From assembly GCA_938036655.1 (NCBI GenBank), contig CALHQS010000038.1:1024-65023 (forward strand): a DNA stretch of 64,000 nt, in the 5' to 3' direction. Below the pieces are notes generated by a model. The model saw only the letters and a program-made list of their open reading frames with translations, was not told the origin of the DNA and ran no database searches. The translations under genes were made by a program, and so were the position numbers. Source of the stretch: an uncultured Candidatus Altimarinota bacterium. Lineage in GTDB: Bacteria > Patescibacteriota > Gracilibacteria > BD1-5 > UBA2023. Shown here piece after piece: positions 48,761 through 58,647 of the stretch. Within the stretch, counting starts at the first letter, position 1, and each line of letters starts with the position of its first letter.

Positions 48761-49169
48761 GTAGTTTGTTGAGACCATTTTGAAATAAATATTGCCAGCG
48801 CTCAGGATTGGACATTTTGGCAGTTGGATCTTCGCGTTTTCCGCTATTTTCCGCATAAATATCTTGTGTATCGACATTCGCGTTTCCATTGACATCTTCT
48901 TGTGAAACCACATTAATCACCGTTTCGCCGGGCATGCTTTTGTTTTGCGAAGCCTTGGCAACCTGCGTTCTGTACGCATTCGTCGAAATATATTTTTCCA
49001 AATTTTCTTTGAGAGCCGTTCGTTCCGTGATTTCTAAATTTTGCTTCGTAATGGCATCAGAAAAATTTTCCACCTGAAATTTTTTAATTTGAAAAACGAC
49101 AATTTGGTAAATCAGATAAAAAATCACAAAAGCCAGAAATGCTAAAATGAGGCGATGATACTTATTCAT
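48753..49169 (-). CDS. FtsB/DivIC-like single-pass coiled-coil membrane protein (138 aa)
   Basis: It starts MNKYHRLILAFLAFVIFYLIYQIVVF, followed by a coiled coil. The assignment rests on architecture only. Confidence 0.4.
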   Translation of the reverse strand: MNKYHRLILAFLAFVIFYLIYQIVVFQIKKFQVENFSDAITKQNLEITERTALKENLEKYISTNAYRTQVAKASQNKSMPGETVINVVSQEDVNGNANVDTQDIYAENSGKREDPTAKMSNPERWQYLFQNGLNKLPK

Positions 49170-49242
49170 TTTTTTGAATTTTTTGGAAAAATAGTGTATA
49201 CTCGCTGTATCATATTTATTTTTTTGATAAAATCCAGTTTTT

Positions 49243-50394
49243 ATGAAAAAATTTTTTCTTGCCGTTTCGGTGATTTTGGTGACTATATTTATCACAGCGA
49301 TGGGCGTTTCTGCGTACAAATATTATCGCGCAATTCATGCTGACGACCCGATTGATCCGTATCTTTTGGTGGATTCTGGTGCGGCGCGAATTGTTCGTGG
49401 CGATGTGACGATTTCACTTTCTGAACACGAAAAATATTCACTCAAAGAAAAAGACACAATTATCACCGAAGAAAAATCTGAGGCGACACTTTTTTGGCCG
49501 GATCGTTCGACGACGCAGCTCGGCGCCGATACGACTTTTGCCATCAACAAAATGCAGGTTGCGGAAGATTATTCCAAGATTGAACTTGAAGCGACGCTGA
49601 TGCAAGGAAAAATTTATACTGATATGATTCGTACATTGTATCCAGGTTCTCGAATGTCGGTTCGTGTTCCTGAACATAATATCGTGGCAGGCGTTCGTGG
49701 TACGGTTTTCTCACTCAATTTGACAGAAAATTATATTCATTCGATTGATCACGCGGTGATGCTGGAAAATAATTTTTTCCAATCTTCGCTCTTGCTTCCA
49801 GGAGAAATTGCGTCCGCGACGAATATTTTTGAAAAATTGGGTCGCGAGGTGCTTGATCAGATTTGGGAAGATGCGATGACACTCAAAAATGAAACTTACA
49901 AATCCGTGCGTGCCGATGAGATGGCTCATGCATGGGAAGTTCTTGCGGGAAATATTTTAGAAAAAAATTATTGGGATGAATTTGTGCGCTGGATTTTGAG
50001 TTTTTTCGATGCTTTTAAAGAATTAGAATTTGTACGCGCGGTTTCTTCTTTTGATACTGATGCGATTCTCAAAATTCCGAGCGACACTCTCATCAAACTC
50101 TATCAAAATCTCAAAATTGGTGATTTCGCGCTTGAACGCGATGCTATTCGTGGAGCGATGTTTGAAATTTCCAAGGCTGATAAGGCTGTACAGAATTGGC
50201 TTGAAGTCTTGTCTTCTGAGTCACTTTGGGATAAAATGCAATTTCCAAATCTGGATTTGCACAATTCTCAAAAAATTTTGAATGATTTTGCAAAAAATTC
50301 CGCTCTTGATCTTGATGCGATTTTCAAAAACCTTTCTGAAAAAAATTATGCCGAAGAAGTTACTAATAATCTCAAAAAAATGTTCCACAATTAA
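49243..50394 (+). CDS. FecR-domain-like membrane-anchored protein (383 aa)
   Basis: It has an N-terminal TM, then the pattern ARIVRGDVTIS...ATLFWPDRSTTQLGADTTF...VAGVRGTVFSL, reminiscent of FecR/DUF4974 beta-sandwich proteins. Confidence 0.5.
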   Translation: MKKFFLAVSVILVTIFITAMGVSAYKYYRAIHADDPIDPYLLVDSGAARIVRGDVTISLSEHEKYSLKEKDTIITEEKSEATLFWPDRSTTQLGADTTFAINKMQVAEDYSKIELEATLMQGKIYTDMIRTLYPGSRMSVRVPEHNIVAGVRGTVFSLNLTENYIHSIDHAVMLENNFFQSSLLLPGEIASATNIFEKLGREVLDQIWEDAMTLKNETYKSVRADEMAHAWEVLAGNILEKNYWDEFVRWILSFFDAFKELEFVRAVSSFDTDAILKIPSDTLIKLYQNLKIGDFALERDAIRGAMFEISKADKAVQNWLEVLSSESLWDKMQFPNLDLHNSQKILNDFAKNSALDLDAIFKNLSEKNYAEEVTNNLKKMFHN

Positions 50395-50422
50395 AATCCT
50401 CAAAATACTGGGGATTTTTTTA
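50394..50422 (+). terminator. terminator after the FecR-like gene
   Basis: ATCCTC-AAAATACT-GGGGAT (one G.U) followed by TTTTTTTA. Confidence 0.55.
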
Positions 50423-50520
50423 AATTTTGTGAATTTTCTGTGAAGAATCCTTAAAGTGCTTGATTGTTGCGAAAAATTCCTAAAATGAGGTTTTGTAGAA
50501 AATAAAATTTTAAAATTATT

Positions 50521-51075
50521 ATGTCTCATTTTCTTTTTACTGTTCTTTTTCCTTATTCTATTCTTGTCATTCTTTTTCCTTTTACAACCCTGTGGTACGA
50601 ATTTTTCTGAATCTTGCATCCAAAATTTGGCTGGACACATATTTCTCAAAATTTTAGATTTGAAATGTTTGAATTATATTCCGTACCATTTTTTGTTTCC
50701 GCATTTTATACAGCTTTATTTTCTGCTTCAGGTCTAACTTTTATTGGGGATAGTTCTCTTTTTGGCACCTCAAAAATGATATTTACCGTTTCTGTTATTT
50801 TTGGTGTTCTGCTTGACTTCCTCATCCTTTCTTCTATCGCTTCCAAGAATAAAAAATTTTTACAAGAAAATCCTGAAAAACTTCCAAAAAATAAAATTTT
50901 TATTATTTTCTTCACCTTTTGGAGAATCTTTTTGCCAGATATTTTCGTTGCCAGCTCGTTGTCAGCTCATTATTCTCGAATGACTTTGAACAAAAAACAA
51001 ATTTTCCTGATTTCATTTTGAGTGCAACTAATTCGTATTTCAATGCTTGTAGTAATGTCTTTATTGTTTAAATAA
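50521..51075 (+). CDS. small polytopic membrane protein, paralog 1 (184 aa, table 25)
   Basis: ATG 50521 is in frame with track ORF 50614-51021 across 2 TGAs. Its C-terminal half is clearly homologous at DNA level to 51082-51576. Confidence 0.55.
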
Positions 51076-51081
51076 TTCTAT

Positions 51082-51576
51082 ATGCATATTTTTCAAAAAA
51101 TTTCTGATTTTTGGCTTTGGATTATTTGACTGAAAGTGTTTGATTATCATAAAGGAATAGAATGGAACTTGGCTTCATATTGGGGTTGAGATTATATCTT
51201 GTTTTCCTTGTGGACTATTTTTTCGAGTACTTCAGGAATGCTTATTCTTGACGAAAAAGGATTTATCGAGTTACTTGTTATTGCTGCAATATTTTGAATC
51301 TTCCTCGACTTCCTCATCCTGTCTCGCATTTCTTCCAAAAATAAAAAATTTTTACAAAACAATCCTGAAAAAACTGCAAAAAATTCTCATTTTATAACCT
51401 TTTTCATTTTCTGGAGAATATTTTTGCCAGATATTTTTATAGTAAGCTCGTTATTAGCACGCTATTTCCGAATGAGCTTAAACAAAAAACAAATTTTGCT
51501 GATTTCACTTTGCGCTCAGAGTGTTCGTATCGCAATTCTTGCAATCATATATTTTGGTATTTATATACATTTTTAA
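51082..51576 (+). CDS. small polytopic membrane protein, paralog 2 (164 aa, table 25)
   Basis: ATG 51082, 3 in-frame TGAs. It shares ...KNKKFLQ(E/N)NPEK...FWRIFLPDIF...NKKQI(F/L)LIS with paralog 1. Confidence 0.55.
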
Positions 51577-51606
51577 AAACCCTATTTCAGGGATTTTATT
51601 TTTTTA
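51576..51606 (+). terminator. terminator after the paralog pair
   Basis: AAAAACCCT-ATTTC-AGGGATTTTATTTTTTT. Confidence 0.7.
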
Positions 51607-51660
51607 AAAAAATTTTTTGAAAATTTTGACTTGACATTTTGAAAAAAATCAAAAAAACTT

Positions 51661-51688
51661 TTGACATTTGAAAAAAATACCATATAAT
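51661..51688 (+). promoter_or_regulatory. consensus promoter TTGACA-16-TATAAT of the ribosomal protein operon
   Basis: Both hexamers match the consensus perfectly. A second TTGACTTGACA lies 30 nt upstream. Confidence 0.65.
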
Positions 51689-51804
51689 CCACGAGCTTTT
51701 TATTTATTCGTGAAAGTACTTTCATCACTGAAAGTGAAGTTGCTAACACTATTTTCTACGGAAAATACATTGGCAACCTCTCATTATTTGTATATATTTT
51801 TTAT
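51689..51804 (+). promoter_or_regulatory. structured 5' leader of the rplC operon (possible autoregulatory element)
   Basis: The roughly 115-nt leader contains GAAAGTACTTTC (a 12-nt palindrome), TCACT-GAA-AGTGA and GTTGCTAA...TTGGCAAC helices. Confidence 0.35.
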
Positions 51805-52359
51805 ATGGCAGGTATTATTGCAAAAAAAATCGAGATGACTCGCGTGATCCACAACGGGGTTTTTACGCCAGTTACTCTTGTTTCTGTGCCACAACTTCAG
51901 ATTGCACAGATTAAAACTATCGAAAACGATGGTTACGCTGCTGTCGTGGTTCGCATGATTGACGGAAAAAAAGAAACTCTCCGTGAATTTGAACACACTG
52001 GCGCTTTCGAAGGTATGAACAAAGGTGATGCAATCACTCTTGATATGCTTGATGGCGTAGAGCTCGTAACGGTAGTTGGTACTTCTAAAGGTAAAGGTTT
52101 CCAGGGTGCTATGAAGCGTTGGAACTTCGCCGGTGGTCCAGCATCACACGGTTCAAAATTCCACCGTGCACTTGGTTCTATCGGTAACCGAAAACCTCGT
52201 CGTACAAAACCAGGGAAAAAGATGCACGGACACATGGGTCTTGACCGCATTACTCTTAAAAAGGTTCCAGTAGTTCTTGTAAATAAAGAATTGAATGTTG
52301 TGGCTCTCAAGGGTCCAGTTCCAGGAGCTCGTAATTCTCTTATTACTCTTGCATTCTAG
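51805..52359 (+). CDS. rplC: 50S ribosomal protein L3 (short form, 184 aa)
   Basis: GTSKGKGFQGAMKRWNFAGGPASHGS...GRM-like region. It is the first gene of the operon. Confidence 0.9.
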   Translation: MAGIIAKKIEMTRVIHNGVFTPVTLVSVPQLQIAQIKTIENDGYAAVVVRMIDGKKETLREFEHTGAFEGMNKGDAITLDMLDGVELVTVVGTSKGKGFQGAMKRWNFAGGPASHGSKFHRALGSIGNRKPRRTKPGKKMHGHMGLDRITLKKVPVVLVNKELNVVALKGPVPGARNSLITLAF

Positions 52360-52406
52360 CTGAATGAGAATTTCCATTCTAAATTATTTAATTTCTATTC
52401 ATTTCT

Positions 52407-53024
52407 ATGAAAGCCCCACTATTTGATAAAAACGGTAAACAGAAAGGTACAGTAGATCTTGAAGCTTCTCACTTTGGTGTTACACCAAATATGGGACTTA
52501 TTCACCGTCTTCTTGTCCTTCAGCAAGCTAATGGTCGTATTGCCATTGCTCATACAAAAACTCGTGGAGAAGTTAAAGGTACTACAAAGAAACTCTTCCG
52601 TCAGAAAGGAACTGGTAATGCTCGTGTAGGTGATCGTCGCTCACCAATTCGTCGAGGAGGAGGTGTTACATTTGGCCCACGAAATACTCGAAATTTCTCT
52701 GTTGATATGAACCGTCAGGAACGTCGATTGGCGCTTCTTTCCCTTCTTTCTACAAAAGCTTCTCAGGAAGCTGTAAAAGTAGTTGAAGCATTCAACGGAA
52801 CAAAAACAAAGGATGTTGTAGCGCTTATGAATGCTATGACCGCAAAAAAACCTTTGGTTGCTATCACTCGTGATGAAAAAAATTCAGTACTTGGTGCGTA
52901 CAACATTGCTAATTCTCGTGTTGTGAATGTAGAATATTTGAATCCACACGATCTTCTTAAATATCAGGATTTGATTTTCTCAGAAGCTTCACTCAAGCAT
53001 CTTTATGAACACTTTTCAAAATAA
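52407..53024 (+). CDS. rplD: 50S ribosomal protein L4
   Basis: KTRGEVKGTTKKLFRQKGTGNARVGDRRSPIRRGGGVTFGP. Confidence 0.9.
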   Translation: MKAPLFDKNGKQKGTVDLEASHFGVTPNMGLIHRLLVLQQANGRIAIAHTKTRGEVKGTTKKLFRQKGTGNARVGDRRSPIRRGGGVTFGPRNTRNFSVDMNRQERRLALLSLLSTKASQEAVKVVEAFNGTKTKDVVALMNAMTAKKPLVAITRDEKNSVLGAYNIANSRVVNVEYLNPHDLLKYQDLIFSEASLKHLYEHFSK

Positions 53025-53059
53025 TACCTCTGTATTATTTAGTTATTAAAAATTTTCCT

Positions 53060-53353
53060 ATGAATTCTCTTTATTCTGTGATTCGTTCATTTGTGGTAAC
53101 AAACAAGAGTACTGATGGAGAAATCCGCGGTGTATACACTTGTATTGTTGATGCAAATGCCACAAAAATTGACATTAAAAATGCTATCCGCACACTTTAT
53201 GGTGCAGAAGTTGCAAAAGTAAATGTTCTCAAAACTCGTGAAAAATTTCACTTTACTCGTCAGGGTGTACAACGAAAGCGAGGTATTCAAAAAAAGGCAA
53301 TGATTACGCTTAAGGCTGGTCAAAAAATTGCAAATTTCGAGAAGGTTAACTAA
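53060..53353 (+). CDS. rplW: 50S ribosomal protein L23
   Basis: Size, position and the pattern TCIVDANATKIDIKNAIRTLYGAEVAKVNV. Confidence 0.85.
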   Translation: MNSLYSVIRSFVVTNKSTDGEIRGVYTCIVDANATKIDIKNAIRTLYGAEVAKVNVLKTREKFHFTRQGVQRKRGIQKKAMITLKAGQKIANFEKVN

Positions 53354-53385
53354 TCCCTCTCTTCATTATTATAACTCTCAATTTT

Positions 53386-54228
53386 ATGCCGATTAAAAAG
53401 TATAAACCAACTACGCCTTCTCGTCGTTTTATGACAGGCTTAACATATGAAGAAATCACTGCTCATGAACCATACAAGCCACTTACAGTATATAAGAAGG
53501 CAAATGCTGGTCGTAACAGTGCTGGTCGAATTTCTGTTCGCCACCAAGGTGCTGGACACAAAAAATTGTACCGTATTGTAGATTTCAAGCTTGAAAAAGT
53601 TGGAATTCCAGCAAAGGTAGAAACTATCGAATACGATCCATATCGCTCTGCATTTATTGCGCTTGTATGTTATAAAGATGGTGAGCGTCGTTACGTTTTG
53701 GCTCACTCAACTATGAAAGTTGGTGATGACATTATTATTTCAAATGATGCAAAACCAGTTGCAGGAAATCGTATGGAAATCGGATTTGTTCCGACAGGAC
53801 TTCCAGTATACAATGTAGAATTGATTCTTGGAAAGGGAGCGAATTCTATTCGTTCAGCTGGTGCTTCAGCTCTTGTGATTTCACAGGAAGGTGAATATAC
53901 TCAGTTGAAAATGCCTTCTGGAGAAATCCGTTTGGTACACAAAAAATGTAGCGCTACTATCGGAGTAGTTTCAAACGAAGACTGGAATCAGGTAACGATT
54001 GGTAAGGCTGGTCGTTCTCGTTGGCTTGGCCGTCGTCCTACTGTTCTCGGTTCATCTATGAACCCAGTTGACCACCCACATGGTGGTGGTGAAGGACACC
54101 AATCTATTGGTCAGCGAAAAGGTCCAAAGACTCCATGGGGTCGTCTTGCTCGCGGTGTGAAGACTCGTTCTCGCAAGAGCACAGATCGTTGGATTCTTCG
54201 TACTCGTTCTGGAAAACTTCAAGGCTAA
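53386..54228 (+). CDS. rplB: 50S ribosomal protein L2
   Basis: MPIKKYKPTTPSRR...MNPVDHPHGGGEG. Confidence 0.95.
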   Translation: MPIKKYKPTTPSRRFMTGLTYEEITAHEPYKPLTVYKKANAGRNSAGRISVRHQGAGHKKLYRIVDFKLEKVGIPAKVETIEYDPYRSAFIALVCYKDGERRYVLAHSTMKVGDDIIISNDAKPVAGNRMEIGFVPTGLPVYNVELILGKGANSIRSAGASALVISQEGEYTQLKMPSGEIRLVHKKCSATIGVVSNEDWNQVTIGKAGRSRWLGRRPTVLGSSMNPVDHPHGGGEGHQSIGQRKGPKTPWGRLARGVKTRSRKSTDRWILRTRSGKLQG

Positions 54229-54262
54229 TTCCATTTCACTCTAAAATTTTACAATTTTTCCT

Positions 54263-54526
54263 ATGACTCGTAGTCTTAAAAAATGACCTTATATTGATCC
54301 TCGTGTAATGAAAAAAATCGAGAAACTCAATGAAACAGGTAAAAAAACTATTATTAAAACGTGGTCTCGAGCTTGTACTATCGCTCCAGAATTTGTAGGA
54401 CACACATTTGGTGTACACAATGGAAAACAACATATTCCTGTGTTTGTAACAGAAGATATGGTTGGACACAAGCTTGGTGAATTTTCTTTCACTCGCCGCT
54501 TCATGGCTCACTCTGGAAATAAATAG
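54263..54526 (+). CDS. rpsS: 30S ribosomal protein S19, table 25
   Basis: MTRSLKK-G-PYID with TGA at 54284-54286 on the invariant Gly. [15 protein letters not shown] is also present. Confidence 0.9.
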
Positions 54527-54564
54527 TATTTTCAAGATTCCACATTTAACTTTATCTAAAAAAT

Positions 54565-54888
54565 ATGAAATCCTCTGTTCGAAATGTTCGCATCTCACCA
54601 AAAAAGCTTAATGTAATTGCTTATATTATTCGAGGAAAAACGGCACAGGAAGCACTTGATGTACTTCGCTTTATGCCGAAAAAAGGTGCAACTATTGTTC
54701 ATAAAGTACTTAAAAGTGCTGTTAATAATGCTGTGCACAATGATTCTCAAAAAATTGAAGATTTGAAAATTGCTTCAGTGGTTGTAACTCAAGGAATGAT
54801 GTATAAGAGAATTAACCCAGTATCTCGTGGTCGTGCACATCGAATCCTGAAGAGAACTTCAAATGTTGATATTACTCTTTCTGTATAA
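54565..54888 (+). CDS. rplV: 50S ribosomal protein L22
   Basis: VRISPKKLNVIAYIIRGKTAQEALDVLRFMPKK. Confidence 0.9.
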   Translation: MKSSVRNVRISPKKLNVIAYIIRGKTAQEALDVLRFMPKKGATIVHKVLKSAVNNAVHNDSQKIEDLKIASVVVTQGMMYKRINPVSRGRAHRILKRTSNVDITLSV

Positions 54889-54909
54889 TTTTATTTCTAC
54901 TTAAAACCT

Positions 54910-55548
54910 ATGTGACACAAAGTTAGCCCACTAGCATTTCGTATTGGATACATCAAATCTTGGAGATCAAACGGATTTTATGATAAAAAATCTTACGGTC
55001 GTCATGTTTCATCTGATGTAGCAATCCGATCTGTTGTTACGAAGCATTATAAAGGTCTTCCTCTGGCAAATATCTTCATTAACCACAGCGGAGACAATAC
55101 TGTTTCTATTACAATCTATACTTCTCGTACGGCTCTTGTTCTTGGGAACGATGATGAAAATATCAACGCTCTTAAGGCGCTTCTTGAGAAAAAATTCCCA
55201 GAATACAATTTTACTCTCGAAGTAAAAGAAGTAAAAAAACCTGAACTTTCTGCTTCAATCGTTGCTGATTCTATTGCTCGTCAGATTGAAAAGAAAATGC
55301 CATACCGCCGCGTTATCAAAAATGCCATTGCTCGTACAATGGAAAAAGGAGGTCTTGGTGTGAAAGTAAAACTTGGAGGTCGTCTCAATGGTGCAGAAAT
55401 TGCTCGTAAAGAAACTTACAAGGATGGTTCTATTCCTACTCAGACGATTCGTGCTGATGTTGATTTTGCTTATGAAAGAGCAGAAACAACTGCTGGTACT
55501 ATTGGTATCAAAGTATGGATTTTTAAAGGAAATGTTTTCAAAAAATAA
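54910..55548 (+). CDS. rpsC: 30S ribosomal protein S3, table 25
   Basis: ATG-TGA-CAC-AAA gives M-G-HKVSPLAFRIG (the S3 N-terminus MGQK.HP), with TGA as codon 2. KH and C-terminal domains are present. The track shows only the last 83 aa. Confidence 0.9.
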
Positions 55549-55591
55549 TTTCTTAAAAATTTTCAATTTATAATTCTAATAATTCAATCCT

Positions 55592-56008
55592 ATGCTACAA
55601 CCGAGTAGAACACGATATCGAAAAGCTCATCGTGGAGTAATCAAGGGAATTGCCACTCGTGGTTCTGAAATTGCTTTTGGGGATTATGCTCTGAAGGTTA
55701 CAGAGGCTGGATACATCACTTCTCGTCAGATCGAAAGTGCTCGTAAGGCAATGATCCGATACCTTCGTAAAGGTGGAAATCTTTGGATTCGTATCTTCCC
55801 AGACAAACCTTATACTAAAAAACCTCTTGAAGTTCCAATGGGTGGTGGTAAAGGTTCTGTAGAAATGTACCGCGCTCCAGTAAAACCAGGACGAATTCTT
55901 TTTGAAATCGGTGATATTTCACCAGAAGTTGCTCGTGAAGCATTTACTCGTGCATCATTCAAACTTCCACTTAAAACGAAAATTATTCTTTCAAAAACTG
56001 ATTTCTAG
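55592..56008 (+). CDS. rplP: 50S ribosomal protein L16
   Basis: MLQPSRTRYRKAHRG...PMGGGKGSVE. Confidence 0.95.
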   Translation: MLQPSRTRYRKAHRGVIKGIATRGSEIAFGDYALKVTEAGYITSRQIESARKAMIRYLRKGGNLWIRIFPDKPYTKKPLEVPMGGGKGSVEMYRAPVKPGRILFEIGDISPEVAREAFTRASFKLPLKTKIILSKTDF

Positions 56009-56101
56009 TTTTTCTCTTTCATTGGAAATACTAATAATTTCTCCTTTTAGGAAAAAAATTTGTGTTTCTTTTGTTGATTATATTCAATTTACTATTATTT
56101 T

Positions 56102-56317
56102 ATGGCTAAAACTCAGAAAGCTACTTCAAATAAAAGAGTAGACGAACTCAAAGCACTAGAAAAATCTCAGCTTTTAGCAGAGCTTGCCAAGGCACAGAAA
56201 GAGCTTTTCGTTCTTACAATGAAGAAAGATCTCGGTGAACTTAAACAGACACATTTGATCCGTGCAATGCGTAAAGATATTGCTCGCATCTCAACATTTC
56301 TTTCGTCATCACTCTAA
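56102..56317 (+). CDS. rpmC: 50S ribosomal protein L29
   Basis: Size, position and ELKALEKSQLLAELAKAQKELF. It is preceded by an unusually long 93-nt spacer. Confidence 0.85.
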   Translation: MAKTQKATSNKRVDELKALEKSQLLAELAKAQKELFVLTMKKDLGELKQTHLIRAMRKDIARISTFLSSSL

Positions 56318-56341
56318 TTTTCTTCTTTATTTTTCTCTTCT

Positions 56342-56590
56342 ATGCGAACAAAAACTGGTGTTGTGACTAGTACAAAAATGCAAAAAACTATTGTAGTCAC
56401 TGTTGAGACATACAAAACACATCCAAAATATAAAAAGCGTTATAAGTCATCATCAAAATTTTATGCTCATGATGAGAACGCAATTGCAAAGGTTGGTGAT
56501 ACTGTAACTATTCATGAAACTCGCCCTATGTCTCGCCTTAAGCGATGGGCTCTCATCGAAGATTCTGTTGTATCTCACAGCGCAGTATAA
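56342..56590 (+). CDS. rpsQ: 30S ribosomal protein S17
   Basis: [17 protein letters not shown]...HPKYKKRYK...[29 protein letters not shown]. Confidence 0.9.
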   Translation: MRTKTGVVTSTKMQKTIVVTVETYKTHPKYKKRYKSSSKFYAHDENAIAKVGDTVTIHETRPMSRLKRWALIEDSVVSHSAV

Positions 56591-56629
56591 TCTTTCAAAA
56601 TTTTTAATTCTCCTTCTAAAATATCTTCT

Positions 56630-56998
56630 ATGATTCAGACAGAAAGTAGACTTGTAGTTGTTGATAATACTGGTGCTAAGGAAGCTCTTTGTATTAAGGT
56701 TCTTGGTGGATCAAAACGACGCTATGCAAGTGTTGGTGATATTATTGTTGTTGCTATTAAACGCGCTCTTCCAAATGGAAATATCAAGAAAAAAGCGGTA
56801 GTAAAAGCAGTAATCGTTCGAGTGGCAAAGGAAATTCGACGCCCAGATGGAACATACGTTCGTAGTGATGATAATGCTTGTGTTATCATTGATGACAAAC
56901 GTGAACCAAAGGGAACTCGTATTTTTGGACCAGTATTCCGCGAACTTCGCGCACGAGGTTTCCAGAAAATTATTTCACTTGCCCCAGATGTTGTATAA
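56630..56998 (+). CDS. rplN: 50S ribosomal protein L14
   Basis: [27 protein letters not shown]. Confidence 0.95.
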   Translation: MIQTESRLVVVDNTGAKEALCIKVLGGSKRRYASVGDIIVVAIKRALPNGNIKKKAVVKAVIVRVAKEIRRPDGTYVRSDDNACVIIDDKREPKGTRIFGPVFRELRARGFQKIISLAPDVV

Positions 56999-57043
56999 TT
57001 CCCATTATCAACAAACATTGTTATCATTTTAATTCAAATTTTT

Positions 57044-57346
57044 ATGAAAATCCATACAAATGATGAAGTTATCGTCATCTCTGGAAAAAGCAAAGGAACG
57101 AAAGCAAAAGTAGTTCGTGCATTTCCAAAGGAAAACAGAGTTGTTGTTGAGGGGGTAAATATTGTTACTCGCCACATTAAAAAACAAGGCGCAACACCTG
57201 GCCAGAAAGTAGAAATTGCCAAAGCGATCGATGTATCAAATGTAATGCTTGTGGATCCAAAAACTGGAAAACCAACTCGTGTTGGATATCGTATCGAAAA
57301 CGGAAAAAAAGTTCGTTTTGCAAAAAAATCTGGAACAACTCTCTAG
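57044..57346 (+). CDS. rplX: 50S ribosomal protein L24
   Basis: KIHTNDEVIVISGKSKGTKAKV (KOW motif). Confidence 0.9.
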   Translation: MKIHTNDEVIVISGKSKGTKAKVVRAFPKENRVVVEGVNIVTRHIKKQGATPGQKVEIAKAIDVSNVMLVDPKTGKPTRVGYRIENGKKVRFAKKSGTTL

Positions 57347-57396
57347 TTCATTATTTTAGTCGCGGTATGTCAAGCCGTAATATTTAATTTTTTCTT

Positions 57397-57936
57397 ATGT
57401 CTTTTAAAGAAAATTATACTCAAAAAGTTCTTCCAGAAATTGCGAAAGAACTTGATATTAAAAATCCAATGCAGCTTCCTATGATTGAAAAAGTTGTAGT
57501 GAATATGGGTATTGGTAGCTATGTTGCTTCTGGTCACAAAGATTTTTCTTCTCTCAAGAATGATCTTGCCTTGATTACAGGACAACTTCCTCGTGTAAAT
57601 CACGCGCGAAAATCAGTTTCTAACTTTAAACTTCGTGAAGGAATGCCGGTTGGTATGATGGTAACTCTTCGAGGTCAGCGTATGTACGATTTTCTTGAAA
57701 AATTGATTGCTGTAGTACTTCCTCGTGTTCGTGATTTCCGTGGTATTTCTGCAAAATCTTTTGATAAAGATGGAAACTTTAACTTTGGTATTAAAGAACA
57801 TACAATTTTCCCTGAAGTTCCTCAACTTGATGTAGTGAAAACACACGGTATGCAGATTACTATCAAATTTAAAACTCAGAGCAAAGAGCATTCTCATGCC
57901 CTTCTCAAAAAACTCGGTTTTCCATTCAGTCGTTAA
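57397..57936 (+). CDS. rplE: 50S ribosomal protein L5
   Basis: NPMQLPMIEKVVVNMGIG...KSVSNFKLREGMPVG...RDFRG. Confidence 0.9.
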   Translation: MSFKENYTQKVLPEIAKELDIKNPMQLPMIEKVVVNMGIGSYVASGHKDFSSLKNDLALITGQLPRVNHARKSVSNFKLREGMPVGMMVTLRGQRMYDFLEKLIAVVLPRVRDFRGISAKSFDKDGNFNFGIKEHTIFPEVPQLDVVKTHGMQITIKFKTQSKEHSHALLKKLGFPFSR

Positions 57937-57948
57937 TCCTTTCTCACT

Positions 57949-58173
57949 ATGGCTCGAAAAGCAATTGTATATAAATGTCAACAAGCTCAGAAAAAAGCTG
58001 AGCGCGCAAAAGAACTCGGAAAAACTCCAAAGTTTTCTACACGACTTTACCACCGTTGTTCAAACTGTGGTCGTGTAAACGGATATATTGGTAAATTTCA
58101 ACTTTGCCGTATTTGTATTCGTGAAAAGGCTAATGCTGGAGAACTCATGGGTGTTCGCAAATCAAGTTGGTAG
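57949..58173 (+). CDS. rpsN: 30S ribosomal protein S14, zinc-binding type with an extended N-terminus (74 aa)
   Basis: [23 protein letters not shown] (CxxC...CxxC) and a C-terminal GVRKSSW. Confidence 0.85.
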   Translation: MARKAIVYKCQQAQKKAERAKELGKTPKFSTRLYHRCSNCGRVNGYIGKFQLCRICIREKANAGELMGVRKSSW

Positions 58174-58218
58174 AATTGATTCTATCATTCTTCATTATAA
58201 TTCTAAATTCTAAAACTT

Positions 58219-58605
58219 ATGACACACGATTCTATCGCCGATCTTCTCACGCGTCTTAGAAATGGGTATCTTGCTCGTCTTCACGAAGTAACTGTTCCGT
58301 TTTCTAAAATGAGAGGTGAAATTCTTCGTATTTTGAAGAAAAATGGTTATATTGTGGACTACAAACTTGCAGAAGATTCTCGTTCTTTTTCTGTTCAGCT
58401 TGAAGATGTTCGTAAAACAAAATATATTCCATCATTCCGAAGAATTAGTCGACCAGGACAGAGAATTTACATCAAATCTGCTGATATCCGAAAATCTCGT
58501 AATGGAGTGGGAATCTATATTCTCTCTACTCCAAAGGGTGTGATTACTGGATACGAAGCACACGCTCTTGGTGTTGGTGGTGAACTTCTTTGCGAAATTT
58601 ACTAG
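58219..58605 (+). CDS. rpsH: 30S ribosomal protein S8
   Basis: DSIADLLTRLRNG...GVGIYILSTPKGVITG. Confidence 0.9.
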   Translation: MTHDSIADLLTRLRNGYLARLHEVTVPFSKMRGEILRILKKNGYIVDYKLAEDSRSFSVQLEDVRKTKYIPSFRRISRPGQRIYIKSADIRKSRNGVGIYILSTPKGVITGYEAHALGVGGELLCEIY

Positions 58606-58647
58606 TCCAAATTCCGTTTAATCCTCTAAAATCTAAATTTATTTATT

